Below, piece after piece: positions 41,834 through 54,719 of a stretch of 64,000 bases of DNA (within the stretch, counting starts at the first letter, position 1; every line of letters starts with the position of its first letter). Origin of the DNA: Dictyostelium discoideum (taxonomy: Eukaryota); assembly GCA_000004695.1 (NCBI GenBank), contig CM000152.2, forward strand, positions 5,472,001-5,536,000, given 5' to 3'. Below the pieces are notes generated by a model. The model was not told the origin of the DNA, did no database searches, and saw only the letters and a program-made list of their open reading frames with translations. The translations under genes and the position numbers were made by a program.

Positions 41834-43875
41834 ATGAACAGTGAAAATATAATTAAAGTTATTAAAGGAAAAAAAGTTGTAATAAATGGTGAAATAAAAC
41901 CAGCATCAATTTTAATTAAGTAAGTTTTTAATTAATAAAATAATAAATAATAAATAATAAATAATAAATAATTTTAAAATTAAAAATTAATTTATATTTT
42001 TTTTTATAAAGAAATGGTATTATTATTGATATTAAAGATTATTCAAGTGAAATTAAAGAAGAACATGAGGTTTTAATTGAAGAAGAGAAATTAGTTATTA
42101 TGGGTGGATTAGTTGATAGTCATGTTCATATTAATGAACCAGGTAGAACAGAATGGGAAGGATTTTTAAGTGCAACAAGTGCAGCAGCATCAGGTGGTGT
42201 AACAACCATTATTGATATGCCATTGAATAGTTCACCAGTTACAACAACATTTGAAAATTTACAAACTAAAATTGAATCGATGCCAGGTAAATTAAGAGTT
42301 GATGTTGGTTTATTGGGTGGTATTATACCGGGTAATTCATCAGAGATCTCTAGAATGGTATTAGAAGGTGGTGTAGTTGGTTTTAAATCATTTTTAGTTC
42401 ATTCTGGTATTGATGAATTCCCACATGTGAAAGAGGATGATATTCAAGAAGCAATGAATGTAATGAAAAAATTAAAAGATGAGCAAGGTGGAAGGGATGT
42501 AGTTATGATGTTTCATGCAGAGATTGAGGAACCAATTAAAGAGGCCACTGAGAGATTACAACGTGAGAATGCAGATCCAAAATTATACGACACCTTCCTC
42601 AAAAGTAGACCAAGAGTTAGTGAGAATATAGCAATTGATAAGGTTATTGAGTTAACTAAAAAGAATATGATAAAAACTCATATCGTTCATTTATCATCCA
42701 GTGATGCAATTGAAGCCATTCACGAGGCGGTTCATAATGATGGTGTGCCAATTACTGCAGAGACAACCTACCATTATCTATACTTTGAATCTGAGCAAGT
42801 CCCATACGGTAACACACTCTATAAATGCTGTCCACCAGTACGTGAAAGTGAAAATAAAGATTTACTTTGGAAAGCTGTGACCAATGGTACCATAAACATC
42901 ATCGTTAGCGACCACTCACCATGTACATTAGATTTGAAATTAATTGAACAAGGTGATTTCATGAAAGCATGGGGTGGCATTAGTTCGCTACAATTAGGCT
43001 TACCAATCATTTGGACAGAGGCTAGCAAAAGGGGTGTGCCATTAGCCAAACTCTCAGAATACATGTCTGACGCACCATCACGTCTAGTTGGCTTAAACGA
43101 TCGTAAAGGGTCAATTAAAATTGGCAGAGATGCAGATTTCGTTATATGGGATCCTGAAGAATCGTTTACAGTCGACCAAGGTCTATTAATGGTAAAAAAT
43201 AAAAATTCACCATACCACGGTGAAAAACTTTTAGGTGTAGTTCACCACACGATTTTACGTGGTAATAAAATATTTTCAAAAGGTGATCAAACAATTTCAA
43301 AAATTATTGGTAAACGTTTAATTCAAACTAAAATTCACACAAATCCAATTTACCCATCACCAACATTACCAACCATAGAGTTATTAAATAGTTTAACTGA
43401 GCAAAAAACATTCTTTGATTGTATTCATTTACTATTTGAAGCTGCACCACCTTTAGCAAATGCATTATTTTCAAAACGTCCATTCTCATCATATCAACAA
43501 TTAATCGATCAAGCTTATTCAATCATTCAATCATTAAATGAATCTGATAAAATTCAAGTTATCAATGCTCATCCAAGAATTGGTGTATCTGCATCACAAG
43601 TTAAAAATTCATCATCAATTAGTTACCGTGAACAATCTTGTGATAAAGATTCCTCGATTGATCAATCAATTCTTGAAAATTTAACACAATTAAATCAACA
43701 ATATGAATCAAAATTTGGTTTTAAATTTGTTGTATTTGTAAATGGTCGTCCAAAGAATGAAATCATTCCAATTTTACAAAATCGTTTAAATAATAATGAT
43801 AAACAAAAAGAATTAAATTTAGGTTTATCTGAAATGATTGAAATTTCAAAATCAAGATTATTAAAATTATTATAA
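41834..43875 (+). CDS. Allantoinase (cyclic amidohydrolase) fused to a C-terminal OHCU decarboxylase (UraD-like) domain
   Basis: Model is join(41834..41919, 42015..43875) with a GTAAGT donor and ...tataaag acceptor. The allantoinase/dihydropyrimidinase-like core includes [21 protein letters not shown]. From about residue 480 an OHCU-decarboxylase-like region runs ...[11 protein letters not shown]...[25 protein letters not shown]. The product is ~648 aa. Confidence 0.65.
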
Positions 43876-43940
43876 TAACATTATATATATATAAATATTA
43901 TAAATAAATTATTATTATTTTTTTTTTTTTAAAAAATTAT

Positions 43941-45522
43941 TTATTTAATTTTATTTTTTCTATTTTTAATTTTATTTTCAATAATTTCTTCATTATTGTT
44001 ATTATTATTATTATTATAATTATTATTATTATAATTAATATTATTATTATTATTATTATCATCATTATTAATTAAAAAGTTTTTAAAATTATTTTGTCTT
44101 TTTTGAGAAATTTTTAAAAATAAAATGAAAATAATTGTAATGAATATTAAGAATAATAAAATTAAGATTAATTCAAAATGTTCTAATAAGAAAGCTGATA
44201 AAGATTTACCAGAACAATTTGGATTCATTAAGATTTCATTTACCATTGTTTCATTTGTACCTTTGAAATTACAAGTTGAACCACCTTGATCTAAATCGAC
44301 TAAACAATCGAAGCCATGATAAATTTGTCTTTTGAAATTGAATTTTCTAAATGAACTACTTGCCAATTCAAATTCATTCTTTGCAGTGATAATATTATTT
44401 TCAAATTTATTATTTGAATCTTGGAAATCAACATTTGAATAACTACAATAAATTGAAGACCCAAATAATGTTGCAACATTATTAACTATTCTATTCGATT
44501 GTAACTCCAATGAACATCTATCATTACAATTACTAACATAAATTGAACCACCATTATATGCATAATTCTCATAAAATATTGAATCAATAATTGTAATACG
44601 TTGTTTAATATTATTTAAAAACAATGCACCACCTAAACCTCTACCATAATTTTTATAAAAACTACTTGAATCAATTAAAATTTTACCTGAATTTATAATT
44701 GAAATTGCACCACCACCATTATTATTATTATAATTAATATTTTGATGATGATTGTTATTATTTTGATTATTATTTTGATTATTAATTGTTGTTGTTATAC
44801 CATATTTTTCATTACTATCAAATAATGAATTAAAAATTTCAACAATTTGAAAACCTGAAACTAATAATGAACCACTGCCAATATTATCTTTAAATAATGT
44901 TTGTTTAATTAAAAGTTTATTAAATATACCATTTGCATTCATTGGTATATCACCATTATTTGATTTACTCTCTAAATTCAATGATATCCATGGTGAATTA
45001 TTACTACCTCTTATATTTTTAATAATTGAATTTTCAATTTCAATATGAGTTGATGATTGTTTTGATTCAATTTTAATTGATGATTCATCCAATGGTATTG
45101 AGTTTTGATGAGTACCAATGAATCTTGAATTCTTTATTATAATTTGTACCCTTTGATTTGATATTTCTTTAACATTTAAAAATTGATTAAAATCATTTTC
45201 AAAATTACAATTTATAATATTTAAATTTAATCCACCAATACTACCACCACCACCACCACTATTACCACTATTACCACTGCCACTATTATCAAAATTTAAA
45301 ATATAATTCATTGAATTACTATCTTTAAATGAAATTCCTTTAAATGTAATTTCATTTTTTGATTTATTTGATAAATAAAACATTGGTTTTTCTGATCCAT
45401 CATTTTTAAAAATAACTTGTTCATTTGGATTTTGTTGTTTTGCTAATTGTTCAACTTCTTCTTCTAATATTTCATATTCAATATAACTTTCATCAAATGG
45501 ATTAATATTATCTTTATCATTT

Positions 45523-45557
<35 letters not shown>

Positions 45558-45965
45558 TTCGTCATTATCATCATCATTATCATCATCAATATCAATTTCT
45601 TCATTATCTTCTTCATTTGGATCAATTAATTTTAAAATTGGTAATTCTTGAAATAATGTATTTTCAAATGAAATATTTAAATCACTTAAATCTTGTTGAA
45701 TATTTTTATATTCACCTGGTGTAATATGAACTTTTATCTTTGAATAACTATTAATTGATTTATATTTATCTTTGATTTGATTGATTGCATAATCAATGCT
45801 TTTACATTGATGTTCATTTCCTAATAAACCACAACCATTTTCATCTTTTCCTTTACTATTTGAAATATATAAATCAATTTGATTATTACTTTGACAATAA
45901 TTAAATGATATAGTAATAAATAAAATTAAAAAAATAAGTGAAAATGAAATAATATTCACTTTCAT
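43941..45965 (-). CDS. Type I membrane protein with signal peptide, acidic poly-N region and parallel beta-helix (PbH1-like) repeats
   Basis: Single 674-aa exon. It carries repeats GGAISIINSGKILIDSSSFYKNYGRGLGGALFLNN... and a TM segment ILILLFLIFITIIFILFL near the C-terminus. Confidence 0.6.
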
Positions 45966-46228
45966 TTTTGTTTGGTTAATTTGAAAATAATTGAAAAAAA
46001 AAAAATTTTGAAAAATAAAAAAATAAAAATAAAAAAAAAATTAAATAATGTCATATTTTTTAATTTTACCTTTTAAATGTAATTTCAAATTGTTACTTTT
46101 GATAGCAACAAAACTACCTCGTCAATGAATAAAATTGCCATAGGATTTTAAGATTTTTAATTATTTCATTAATTTGAAAAATGAACTCGGAACGATTTCA
46201 GGCATAAAATTTAAAAAAACATCAAAAT

Positions 46229-46299
46229 GGGAGATTAGTTAAGTGGTATAATGCTACCTTTGGGTGGTAGCGTCCTGAGTTCGATTCTCGGATCTCCCC
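46229..46299 (+). tRNA. tRNA-Pro (anticodon UGG)
   Basis: GGGAGATTAGTTAAGTGGTATAATGCTACCTTTGGGTGGTAGCGTCCTGAGTTCGATTCTCGGATCTCCCC folds as a cloverleaf. The acceptor pairs GGGAGAT/ATCTCCC. The anticodon stem is CTACC/GGTAG, the loop is TTTGGGT with anticodon TGG, and the T-loop is TTCGATT. Confidence 0.9.
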
Positions 46300-46318
46300 A
46301 AATTTTTTTAGAAAAATG

Positions 46319-46343
46319 TGGGGATCACATGTTCGATTCTTGT
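46319..46343 (+). promoter_or_regulatory. Extra B-box (ex-B) downstream of the tRNA gene
   Basis: GGGGATCACATGTTCGATTCTTG lies about 31 nt after the tRNA 3' end. B-box-like core GTTCGATTC; a known feature of Dictyostelium tRNA loci. Confidence 0.6.
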
Positions 46344-46570
46344 AAAAAATGTGAAACCATCATCAAAAATTCAACAAGATAAATCATCAAACCAATATTT
46401 AATATTCTTTCTTATTAATAATTGGAGATGATATTGATATCCAATTTAATATCAATAATTTAATCAATTTACAAATTATTTATATCAATAGTCAAAAACT
46501 CTGGCTCATTTGGTTTTATTAATAATGGTAAATAACTTTATCTCTGATTTAAAGATAATTAATTAAATCT

Positions 46571-46640
46571 AATTTAAATTAATTTTACCACAATTAAATC
46601 TGATTTAAATTAATTTTACCACAATTAAATTCAATCTCTT
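46571..46640. repeat. Tandem ~32-bp repeat between the two tRNA genes
   Basis: aattaaatctgatttaaattaattttaccaca is repeated about 2.2 times. Confidence 0.6.
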
Positions 46641-47007
46641 AAGTAGTTTCAATTGATTGAAATATTATTAAAACTATACCTTTGAATTGGGTTTTTATTT
46701 ATTCATTTATTTATTTATCTATTAATTTATTTATTGATAATAAATAGAAAAAAATAAAAGGATAATAATAATAACTGCTTGAATCAAGTTTGATCTTTGG
46801 CTAACGTTTAATGAAGATGAAAACAAAATGATTTATTTTCTACTGAAATGATGTTTTGGGTGGATTAAAAAAAAAAGAAAATAATATTAAAAAAAAAAAA
46901 AAAAAGAAAAATATTTAAAATTTTTGCTAATAAAAAATAATTTTTTTTATTTATTTGCATTATGGTTTCTCGTAATATAAAAAAACAAAAAAAATTGAAT
47001 AATCCAT

Positions 47008-47031
47008 TCAAGAATCGAACATATGATCTCC
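47008..47031 (-). promoter_or_regulatory. Extra B-box (ex-B) downstream of the minus-strand tRNA-Pro
   Basis: On the minus strand, GGAGATCATATGTTCGATTCTTG lies about 34 nt after the tRNA 3' end. Confidence 0.6.
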
Positions 47032-47053
47032 ATATTGTTTTAAATAAATAAGT

Positions 47054-47124
47054 GGGGAGATCCGAGAATCGAACTCAGGACGCTACCACCCAAAGGTAGC
47101 ATTATACCACTTAACTAATCTCCC
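47054..47124 (-). tRNA. tRNA-Pro (anticodon UGG), second copy, inverted
   Basis: Exact reverse complement of the 46229 tRNA sequence. Confidence 0.9.
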
Positions 47125-47408
47125 ATTTTGATGTTTTTTTAAATTTTATGCCCCAAATCCTCTCGAATATTTTTTCAGCTTAACTACCTCGTCAATCAAT
47201 AAAAATTCCATAGGTGGATATTGATCAATAATGTGCCCAATAATTCACCAATCAACAAGTTTAATTACATTCAATAAAAAATAAAATAATAATGGAACTT
47301 AAATACACATTTTTAGCCTCCAAAGCTTAAGAATATCTATTTTACATAAATAACCTGTTTATTTAGATTGATCAAAAAGTTTATTTTTTAATTTATTAAT
47401 ATTCACCG

Positions 47409-48119
<711 letters not shown>

Positions 48120-48575
48120 TAATAATATTAATTTTTTTTTTTTTTTTTTTTTGTGAGATGGAGTTGAAATTAAAGAATTAAAAAAAAAAAAAATTAAAAA
48201 AAATAAAAAAAAAAAAAACAATTATTGGAAAGGTATTTCAATTTTATTTTGCTATTATTTTGAGACGGTAAAAAGGGATTTTTAAGAAATTTTTTTTTTG
48301 AATATTTAATTACAGTTGATAACTTTGTGGATCCTAATATAATAGATCCTGATTCTTTGGTGACATTCCATTCATTAATGTCGATTTGAGGGTTAATTTC
48401 ATTTAATAATTTTGATTTTATGTCAACAATCATTGCTAATGATAAAGTGTTTGAATCAATTTGTTTTGATTTTGTAGAAGAAGGAGAAGAAGAAGAAAAT
48501 TGACTTTAAATTAATAAATTATTATTATTAATTAATAAATTTGAGAAATCTTTTGATTTACTAATTAAATCTATT

Positions 48576-49215
48576 TCATTTTTTACTTAATTGAAAAGCT
48601 CTTGTTAATAATCTAAGATATTGAATTTCTTTTGAGATATCTTTAAAAATTTCGTTTTCTTTATAGTTTTTAATGATGAAAGTGTCACGTTCATTGAATG
48701 ATAAATGATTTCCACTATTTCTAATTATTTCTTTAACTTTTCTATTTGAAAAAGCATCAGTAAAAGTTATACATAATAATGGTGTAATACCTAATGAAAG
48801 TACTTCTTTTATTTTATTATCAATAAATTGAATTCTTGGAAAAGCTAAGAAATCACGAATTGATACAATGAAAATGAAACAATTGATACTATAACGTTGA
48901 TCTGGTGGTAAGATAATACAATCATTGAATTTGGTACCATGGTGTATCTTGCCATCAGCCTTCATTTTTAATATAACATCAGTAACACCCAAACCCCAAA
49001 AAATCAGAACAAGAAACATTAATATTATTAAATGATTTTTGAATTGGGGAAAGGTTATCTTTTGATGATAATAAATCTTTAAGTGAAATATTATTTATGC
49101 TCGTTGTTATTTTAGTACTCCTAGACCTATTTACCATAAAATAATCCTCTAATTGGTTGTCTGGATTGAAAAGATTAACAAGACCATTCAACAAAGAACT
49201 TATACGATTCACCAA
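48576..49215 (-). pseudogene. Frame-shifted downstream continuation of the vWA gene (two overlapping ORFs in the other two frames); possible degenerate C-terminal region
   Basis: ORFs 48979..49215 and 48576..49019 follow the vWA stop directly, with about 70% A+T coding-like composition and no AT-rich intergenic spacer. The frame switches sit at homopolymer tracts (TTTTTTGGGG). No clean GT..AG model joins them. Confidence 0.3.
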
Positions 49216-50013
49216 AATCTAAATCTCTTTTCAATTGAATAGTGAAACTTGAGTAATATTTATTTGATAAGAATTTAACTATTGTACCTGATGGTATTGA
49301 AAATTGACCATCTGGTTTTATTATAACATCTAATAATAAATCATCATAAATTAATTTAGTTTCATTTGAATTTGGATAAACCTCAATATTGAATGGAAAA
49401 TTCAAATATGGATCTTTACTACCACCATTAATCAATAATTTTATATCTTGATTAAAATTCTTTTCCAATTGAATTATTTTTTGATCTGGTAAAATTGATT
49501 GTAAATTATTAATAACAACAATATTTAGATTTGTGATTAAACTACAATTACATGCCAATCCATAGATTTCAACATTATCCAAGCTTAAATTGTCTAAAAA
49601 ACCATTAACTGAATCATCTGTCGATTTACCTGAACTAAAAATTAAAATCTTTGAATTAAAATCACTTGGTTCCCAACTTGATTCTAATATACCTTCAAAA
49701 CACAATTCCATTGCTTCACCCAATTTCGCTTCATTATTTGTTTTTGAAAATTTTATATCTTTTAAACCTTCTTTAATTTTTTCTTGTTCTGATTCAAACT
49801 CTAAAATTGTTTCAACACTCTCACCATATGTTATAATTTACAATCAATATTGAATTTTTCAAGTTGAGTAATGAAATACTTGATAATTACATTAAAAATT
49901 GACATCTGTGATGATGTTTCAATTAAAATTGAAAAATAATTAATTTTATTATTATTAATTTTAATCTCTGTTTTGAGGGTATTTCTATTTTTTTTTTCAT
50001 TTCCACCTTTCAT
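49175..50013 (-). CDS. vWA-domain protein, truncated paralog of the adjacent Sec23/24-like trunk-domain gene
   Basis: Model is join(50013..49891, 49819..49175) with a GTAATT donor and 71-nt intron. A MIDAS-like motif ILIETSSQM is present. The segment ...EKIKEGLKDIKFSKTNNEAKLGEAMELCFEGI...SKILIFSSGKSTDD aligns in pattern with ...LEKVKTLRGSGSTALGSAVAACVGI...SQIIICTDGQSNMG of the neighbouring gene. Confidence 0.5.
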
Positions 50014-50316
50014 TATTTTGTTTTTTTTATGATTTTATAAAAATAAATAAAAAAAAAAAAACAATTTATATTCATTAAAAAAAAAAAAAAAAAAAAATAT
50101 GAAAGGAAAAGTGTTTTTTCCAAATATGGTAATATTAATATTAAAATGGGTAAAAGATTTTATTCATTTTAATGTATTTTATTTAATATTCCTTTTTTAT
50201 TAAAAAATAAAAAAATAAAATAAAATAAGTCTAATTTTATATTTTTAAATTTATTAATTTTGAAGCTATTAATTTTTATTATACAATTTAATTTTGGTTT
50301 TTTTTTTTTTTTTAGT

Positions 50317-52217
50317 TTAAATGAATTTTTTCTTTGATTTTGTACTATTCATATTTGACATATTATAAAGCATATTAGCAGTTGCATCATCACGATTTTG
50401 TTGACGTGATTTTAATCTATCACCACTTGAATTATAACTCTTTTCATTTGAAACAGTATTTGATAGTTGAGTTTCAATATCTTGAGCTTGTTGCATATAA
50501 TTTGACATTGAATCGATTTCATCTGAATCGACTTTAGTAGCCTTTTGTTTCTTCATCATTACCTTTTGCATAAGTCCAGCATGTGAATAATTTTTAGCAC
50601 GAGATTTTTCATAATCACCTGATGAAGCAATCTTTGTAGAGGTTTGAACCATATTAATACCCAATGCCTCGATGTTTGCATGTTCTTCAGCCAAATCAGA
50701 GCTTGTTGTAATCTCTTGAGTTTGAGTGATCATTCTTACACATTTCTTACCAGTGAGTGTTGTATAAAAGATTTGTAATTGGAATGGTATTGATTTCAAA
50801 GATTTATCAATTAATTTAGAGGATCTAACACCATATTCAAATGAAATTGTTGTGTCTTGATTTACATTACCAATCACTCTTTCAACAAAACTCTTTTCAG
50901 TATTATTATTATTATCAAAGTCACTAACGTAAAGACCTTTATGGAGGAATATCTTAACGGATACATTTGTTGCTAAAGTAGGTAAACTAAGAATTTCTTT
51001 GAAACCATCATTTAAATTGATTGGATCCATAATGTTAACTTCACCACCGGTATTATTTGCCAATTTACCAATCACTTCAAGTTTAGTATCGGTACCTTTA
51101 ATGGTGAGTACACTAATGGAAGTACCACTTCTTTGAGCCATATTTGCAATTTGTTCAAATACCATTTGTTGTTTTTCTGGTGCTTCAGTTGCACCTAAAC
51201 CCATATTTGATTGACCATCGGTACAAATGATAATTTGTGAACCTCTTGAACCACCGGTAATACCAACACAAGCTGCAACTGCAGAACCTAAGGCAGTGCT
51301 ACCACTACCTCTTAATGTTTTAACCTTTTCCAATAATGAATTCTTTGTTTTTGAAACTGGATTATTCATTTGTAATAAACCACCTTCTTCAACCAATTGA
51401 GAGAGGTCTAATAATTTAGCTTTATCACTGATTGTAACTGGTTCAGTTGAGCCATCACCAAACATTGTAACCTTATCACTAAATGTTACGATACCAACAC
51501 GTTTATTTGGATACTTTTCAGCGATACTTTCAATTTGATGTAATAAACCAATTTGAACACATTGTAAACGTGAAACATAACTAACCTTTGTAAGAGCAGC
51601 TAGTTTTTCAGGAATTTCATTATCGTAAATACCTGAATTTGATACTAATGAACTTGGAATTGATAAACCATTTACAGATTGTGTAACTTCCATACTACCA
51701 CTAATATCAATACAAAAGATTACAAATGAATCATCTTTTTCATTCTTTTCTTTTTCATCTTTTTCTTTTTCTTCTTTAGTTTTATTGTTGTTGTTGTTAT
51801 TGTTGTTATCACCAACTGGTTCAGATTCTAAAATATAATCAATTATATTTGTTTGTGGTATTTCTTCTTTATCAATGACAATTTCATTCTCTTCATAACA
51901 AAATTCACATTTCCAAGTTTTATTTCCATCGAAACCACCATCAGTTGGAATATTTGGATGCTTTTTACCATCATTTAATGTTATCTCTTTTAATGCATTG
52001 ATATTGCTGAAACCACAATTACATTTTTTACAAAAGTAACCATCACCAGTTTGAATAGATGATTCCTTTGCAACTGTACCTAAATTGACTACTAATACAT
52101 TGGTTGTTGCTTTCTTTATTTTAGCTTTAAGTTGATTTGGTGCACGATTATTCATTGGTGCTGGTGGTGGTGCTTGTGGTGCTGCTGATCTACCAAAAAT
52201 ACTAAAGAATCCTCTTG

Positions 52218-52283
<66 letters not shown>

Positions 52284-52513
52284 GAGGTTGTTGAGGTTGT
52301 TGAGGTTGTTGAGGTTGTTGAGGTTGAGCACCTTGAAAGAAAATATTGCTATCTATTTTTTTAAAAAAAAAAAAAAAAAAAAACAAATGATAAAAATTTA
52401 ATTAATATTTTGAAATAAAAAATAATAATAATAATAATAGTAATAAACTTACCAACAACAAATTCTTCCTCTTCATCATCTTGAACAAAAGTATATTTTG
52501 AACCACAATTCAT
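50317..52513 (-). CDS. Sec23/Sec24-like protein: zinc finger plus vWA-fold trunk plus beta-sandwich, no gelsolin domain
   Basis: Model is join(52513..52453, 52352..50317) with a GTAAGT donor, 100-nt intron, phase 1. The zinc finger is CKKCNCGFSNINAL...WKCEFCYEEN (compare Sec23 C..C..LNP...W.CNFC). The vWA MIDAS is FVIFCIDISGSMEV. The beta-sandwich FQLQIFYTTLTGKKCVRMITQTQEITTS resembles the Sec23/24 QFALLYT..GERRIRV.T motif. N-terminal poly-Q/PQQ repeats are present. Confidence 0.6.
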
Positions 52514-53042
52514 TTTTTGTATTTATTTTTATTTGTTTTTATTTATTTGTTTAATTTTTTTGATTTATTAAAATGATTTTATGAAAAAAAAAAAAAAATA
52601 AAAAATAAAAATCAGTGGCTTTTTATAATTTTTAAATTATTCTGAAAATTTTCTCACCACTTTTATTTTTTTTTTTTTTTTTCTTTGAAAAAAAATATTT
52701 GAAATTAAAAGCATTGCTCAAAAATGTGAGTGTACAAAAAGATACTTTTTTTAAACACTTCCAAATTGGAATTAAAAATATAATATTTTTTAATTTAAAA
52801 AATCTTGATATTTTATTTATTTATTTTTTTTGTTTTTATATTTGTTATTTGTTATTTTCATTTTCATTTTTTTTTTTTTTTTTAATTTTATTTTTGGAAT
52901 TTTTTTCATTTATCATTTTTTATTTTTATTTTTTATTTTTATTTTTATTTTTATTTTTTTTTTTTATTTTTTTTTTTTTTTTTTTCAATTATTTTTGTTA
53001 TTTCAATAATTTTTGGGAAATTGGTTTTTTTTTTATTTTTAA

Positions 53043-54594
53043 ATGGTAGCTCAAAGACATTATTATCCAAATTTAAATGATTTACCAAAAGAAATATTAG
53101 TAATTATATTCACACATGTTTTCAATTTATTAAAAAAAGATAAATGTAGAAATCTTAATTCAAAATTTTTTCAAAATGTTTTCATCAGTAAATCAATTGG
53201 TAATTCACTTTTAAATAGTACAGAGTTTTGGATAATATTGATATCTTCTTATATATTTAAAGATATTCTTATTTTTACATCAAATAAATTGGATAGAAAT
53301 GTTTATAATTTAGTTTATTATTGTGCGAGTCAATGTAAAATTAGAGATTATTTTAATAGAAATATTAAAGGTCAAAGACTTCAAACTGTATGTATATGAA
53401 TATAAATAATGAAAAAAAAATAAAATAAAATAAAATAAAATAAAATTTTAATTATATAATAATTATATATAGAAAATTCAAAGTAGTAAATATATGAATT
53501 TAAAAACAGCAGTTTGTTCAATACCATTTGAGAGTAGTTTTATAGTTGGTGGATTGGGTACTAATAAATATCCATTTTTAAGAGCATTCAATTATAAAGG
53601 TGAAGAACAAATCAATTATTTACAAATGAATAGAGTTGGTGCTTATGAAAATAAACCAATTGAATCAATTTCATGTAGGAATAAAGTATTGGCATTTAGT
53701 GTGTTGGGTAGTGATATTATATCAATTTGTAAGACCAATGACTTGAATGAAGATAAATGTGGTTATTTACAATATGAGACTATTAGAACCTCATGCACAG
53801 GTGAAAGAAGTAGGGTAAAGTTAAGTCCGGCCGACGAGAATAAATTAGCTATTGGTGGTAGTGATGGGTCGGTGCATATCTATGATTTGAATCGTATACT
53901 TTCAAACACTGATGACGATGACCAATACGAAGGCAATGAATACATTACAGTCATATCGGAGTGGGGTTTCATGAATAACAAGCTACCAGTTTGGGACTCT
54001 TGTTTCACAAATGATGGTAGAGGTTTATTCGTAGTGGGCGAGTCAGTTCTCAATTGTAGCGATTACTATAAGAATACCGGTTTCGTTAGATACTGGGACA
54101 CCAGACAAGATCCGAATAAAATGGTATGGCAATTAAGGGAAGGTATTGAAGTTGGTGGTATCTCACAATCCCAAGATTCAAATTGTATAGCCTACGTAAT
54201 GAGAGGTGGTTTGGTTAGAGTATTCGATCTACGTTCTCCAAATAATCCACTGGCATTATTCACACCAGAGTCTTCATTAAACTATAACTTTACTTTAAAA
54301 TCTCCATTCAATAGAGACGCTATAGCTTGGATACCCGGTGGATGTGATAATATAGTCTCCTCTTTTTACAATGAAATCAATGTATGGTCAATGGCTGAAG
54401 GTGAAGATACTTGTACCATCATGGTTGATAAATATAGAACCCAAGATAATAATCATAATCAATTAGATATAACTGATGATGGTTTATTACTTTGTTCCAA
54501 TGATACAATTTATTCTCTAAATGATATCAGTGATAAATCAATCATTGATTATTTAGATAATCAAAAAAAAGAAAAAGAAATTGAAAGTGATTAA
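53043..54594 (+). CDS. F-box protein with C-terminal WD40/beta-propeller-like region
   Basis: Model is join(53043..53387, 53473..54594) with a GTATGT donor and ...tatatag acceptor, phase 0. The F-box is LNDLPKEILVIIFTHVFNLL. Repeated ...GGSDGSVHIYDL / ...GGLVRVFDLRS WD-like strands are present. Confidence 0.6.
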
Positions 54595-54719
54595 ATAATA
54601 ATAAAAATTAATAAATAATAAATAATAATAATAATAATAATTTTTTTTTTTTTTTTTCTTAAAAACAAAAACTATATCTAATCTTTATTTGATTTTCTTT
54701 TATTTTTATTTTTTTTTTT

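Noticed and set aside
46100-47220. Possibility of a tRNA-targeted retrotransposon (TRE5/TRE3/DGLT-A) at the tRNA-Pro pair
   Set aside because: No ORF1/ORF2-like coding remnant, no A/B/C-module-like repeats and no target-site duplication are visible. Only short conserved flanking motifs are present.
48979-49215. ORF 48979..49215 (-) as an independent gene
   Set aside because: It starts on a TTG in the ORF track and overlaps the vWA stop, with no intergenic spacer. It is better explained as a frame-shifted part of the degenerate vWA paralog, reported as a pseudogene-like region.
52699-53049. 116-aa poly-Phe ORF upstream of the F-box/WD gene
   Set aside because: It is a poly(T)-rich promoter region. 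The F-box gene has its own ATG at 53043 in a different frame.
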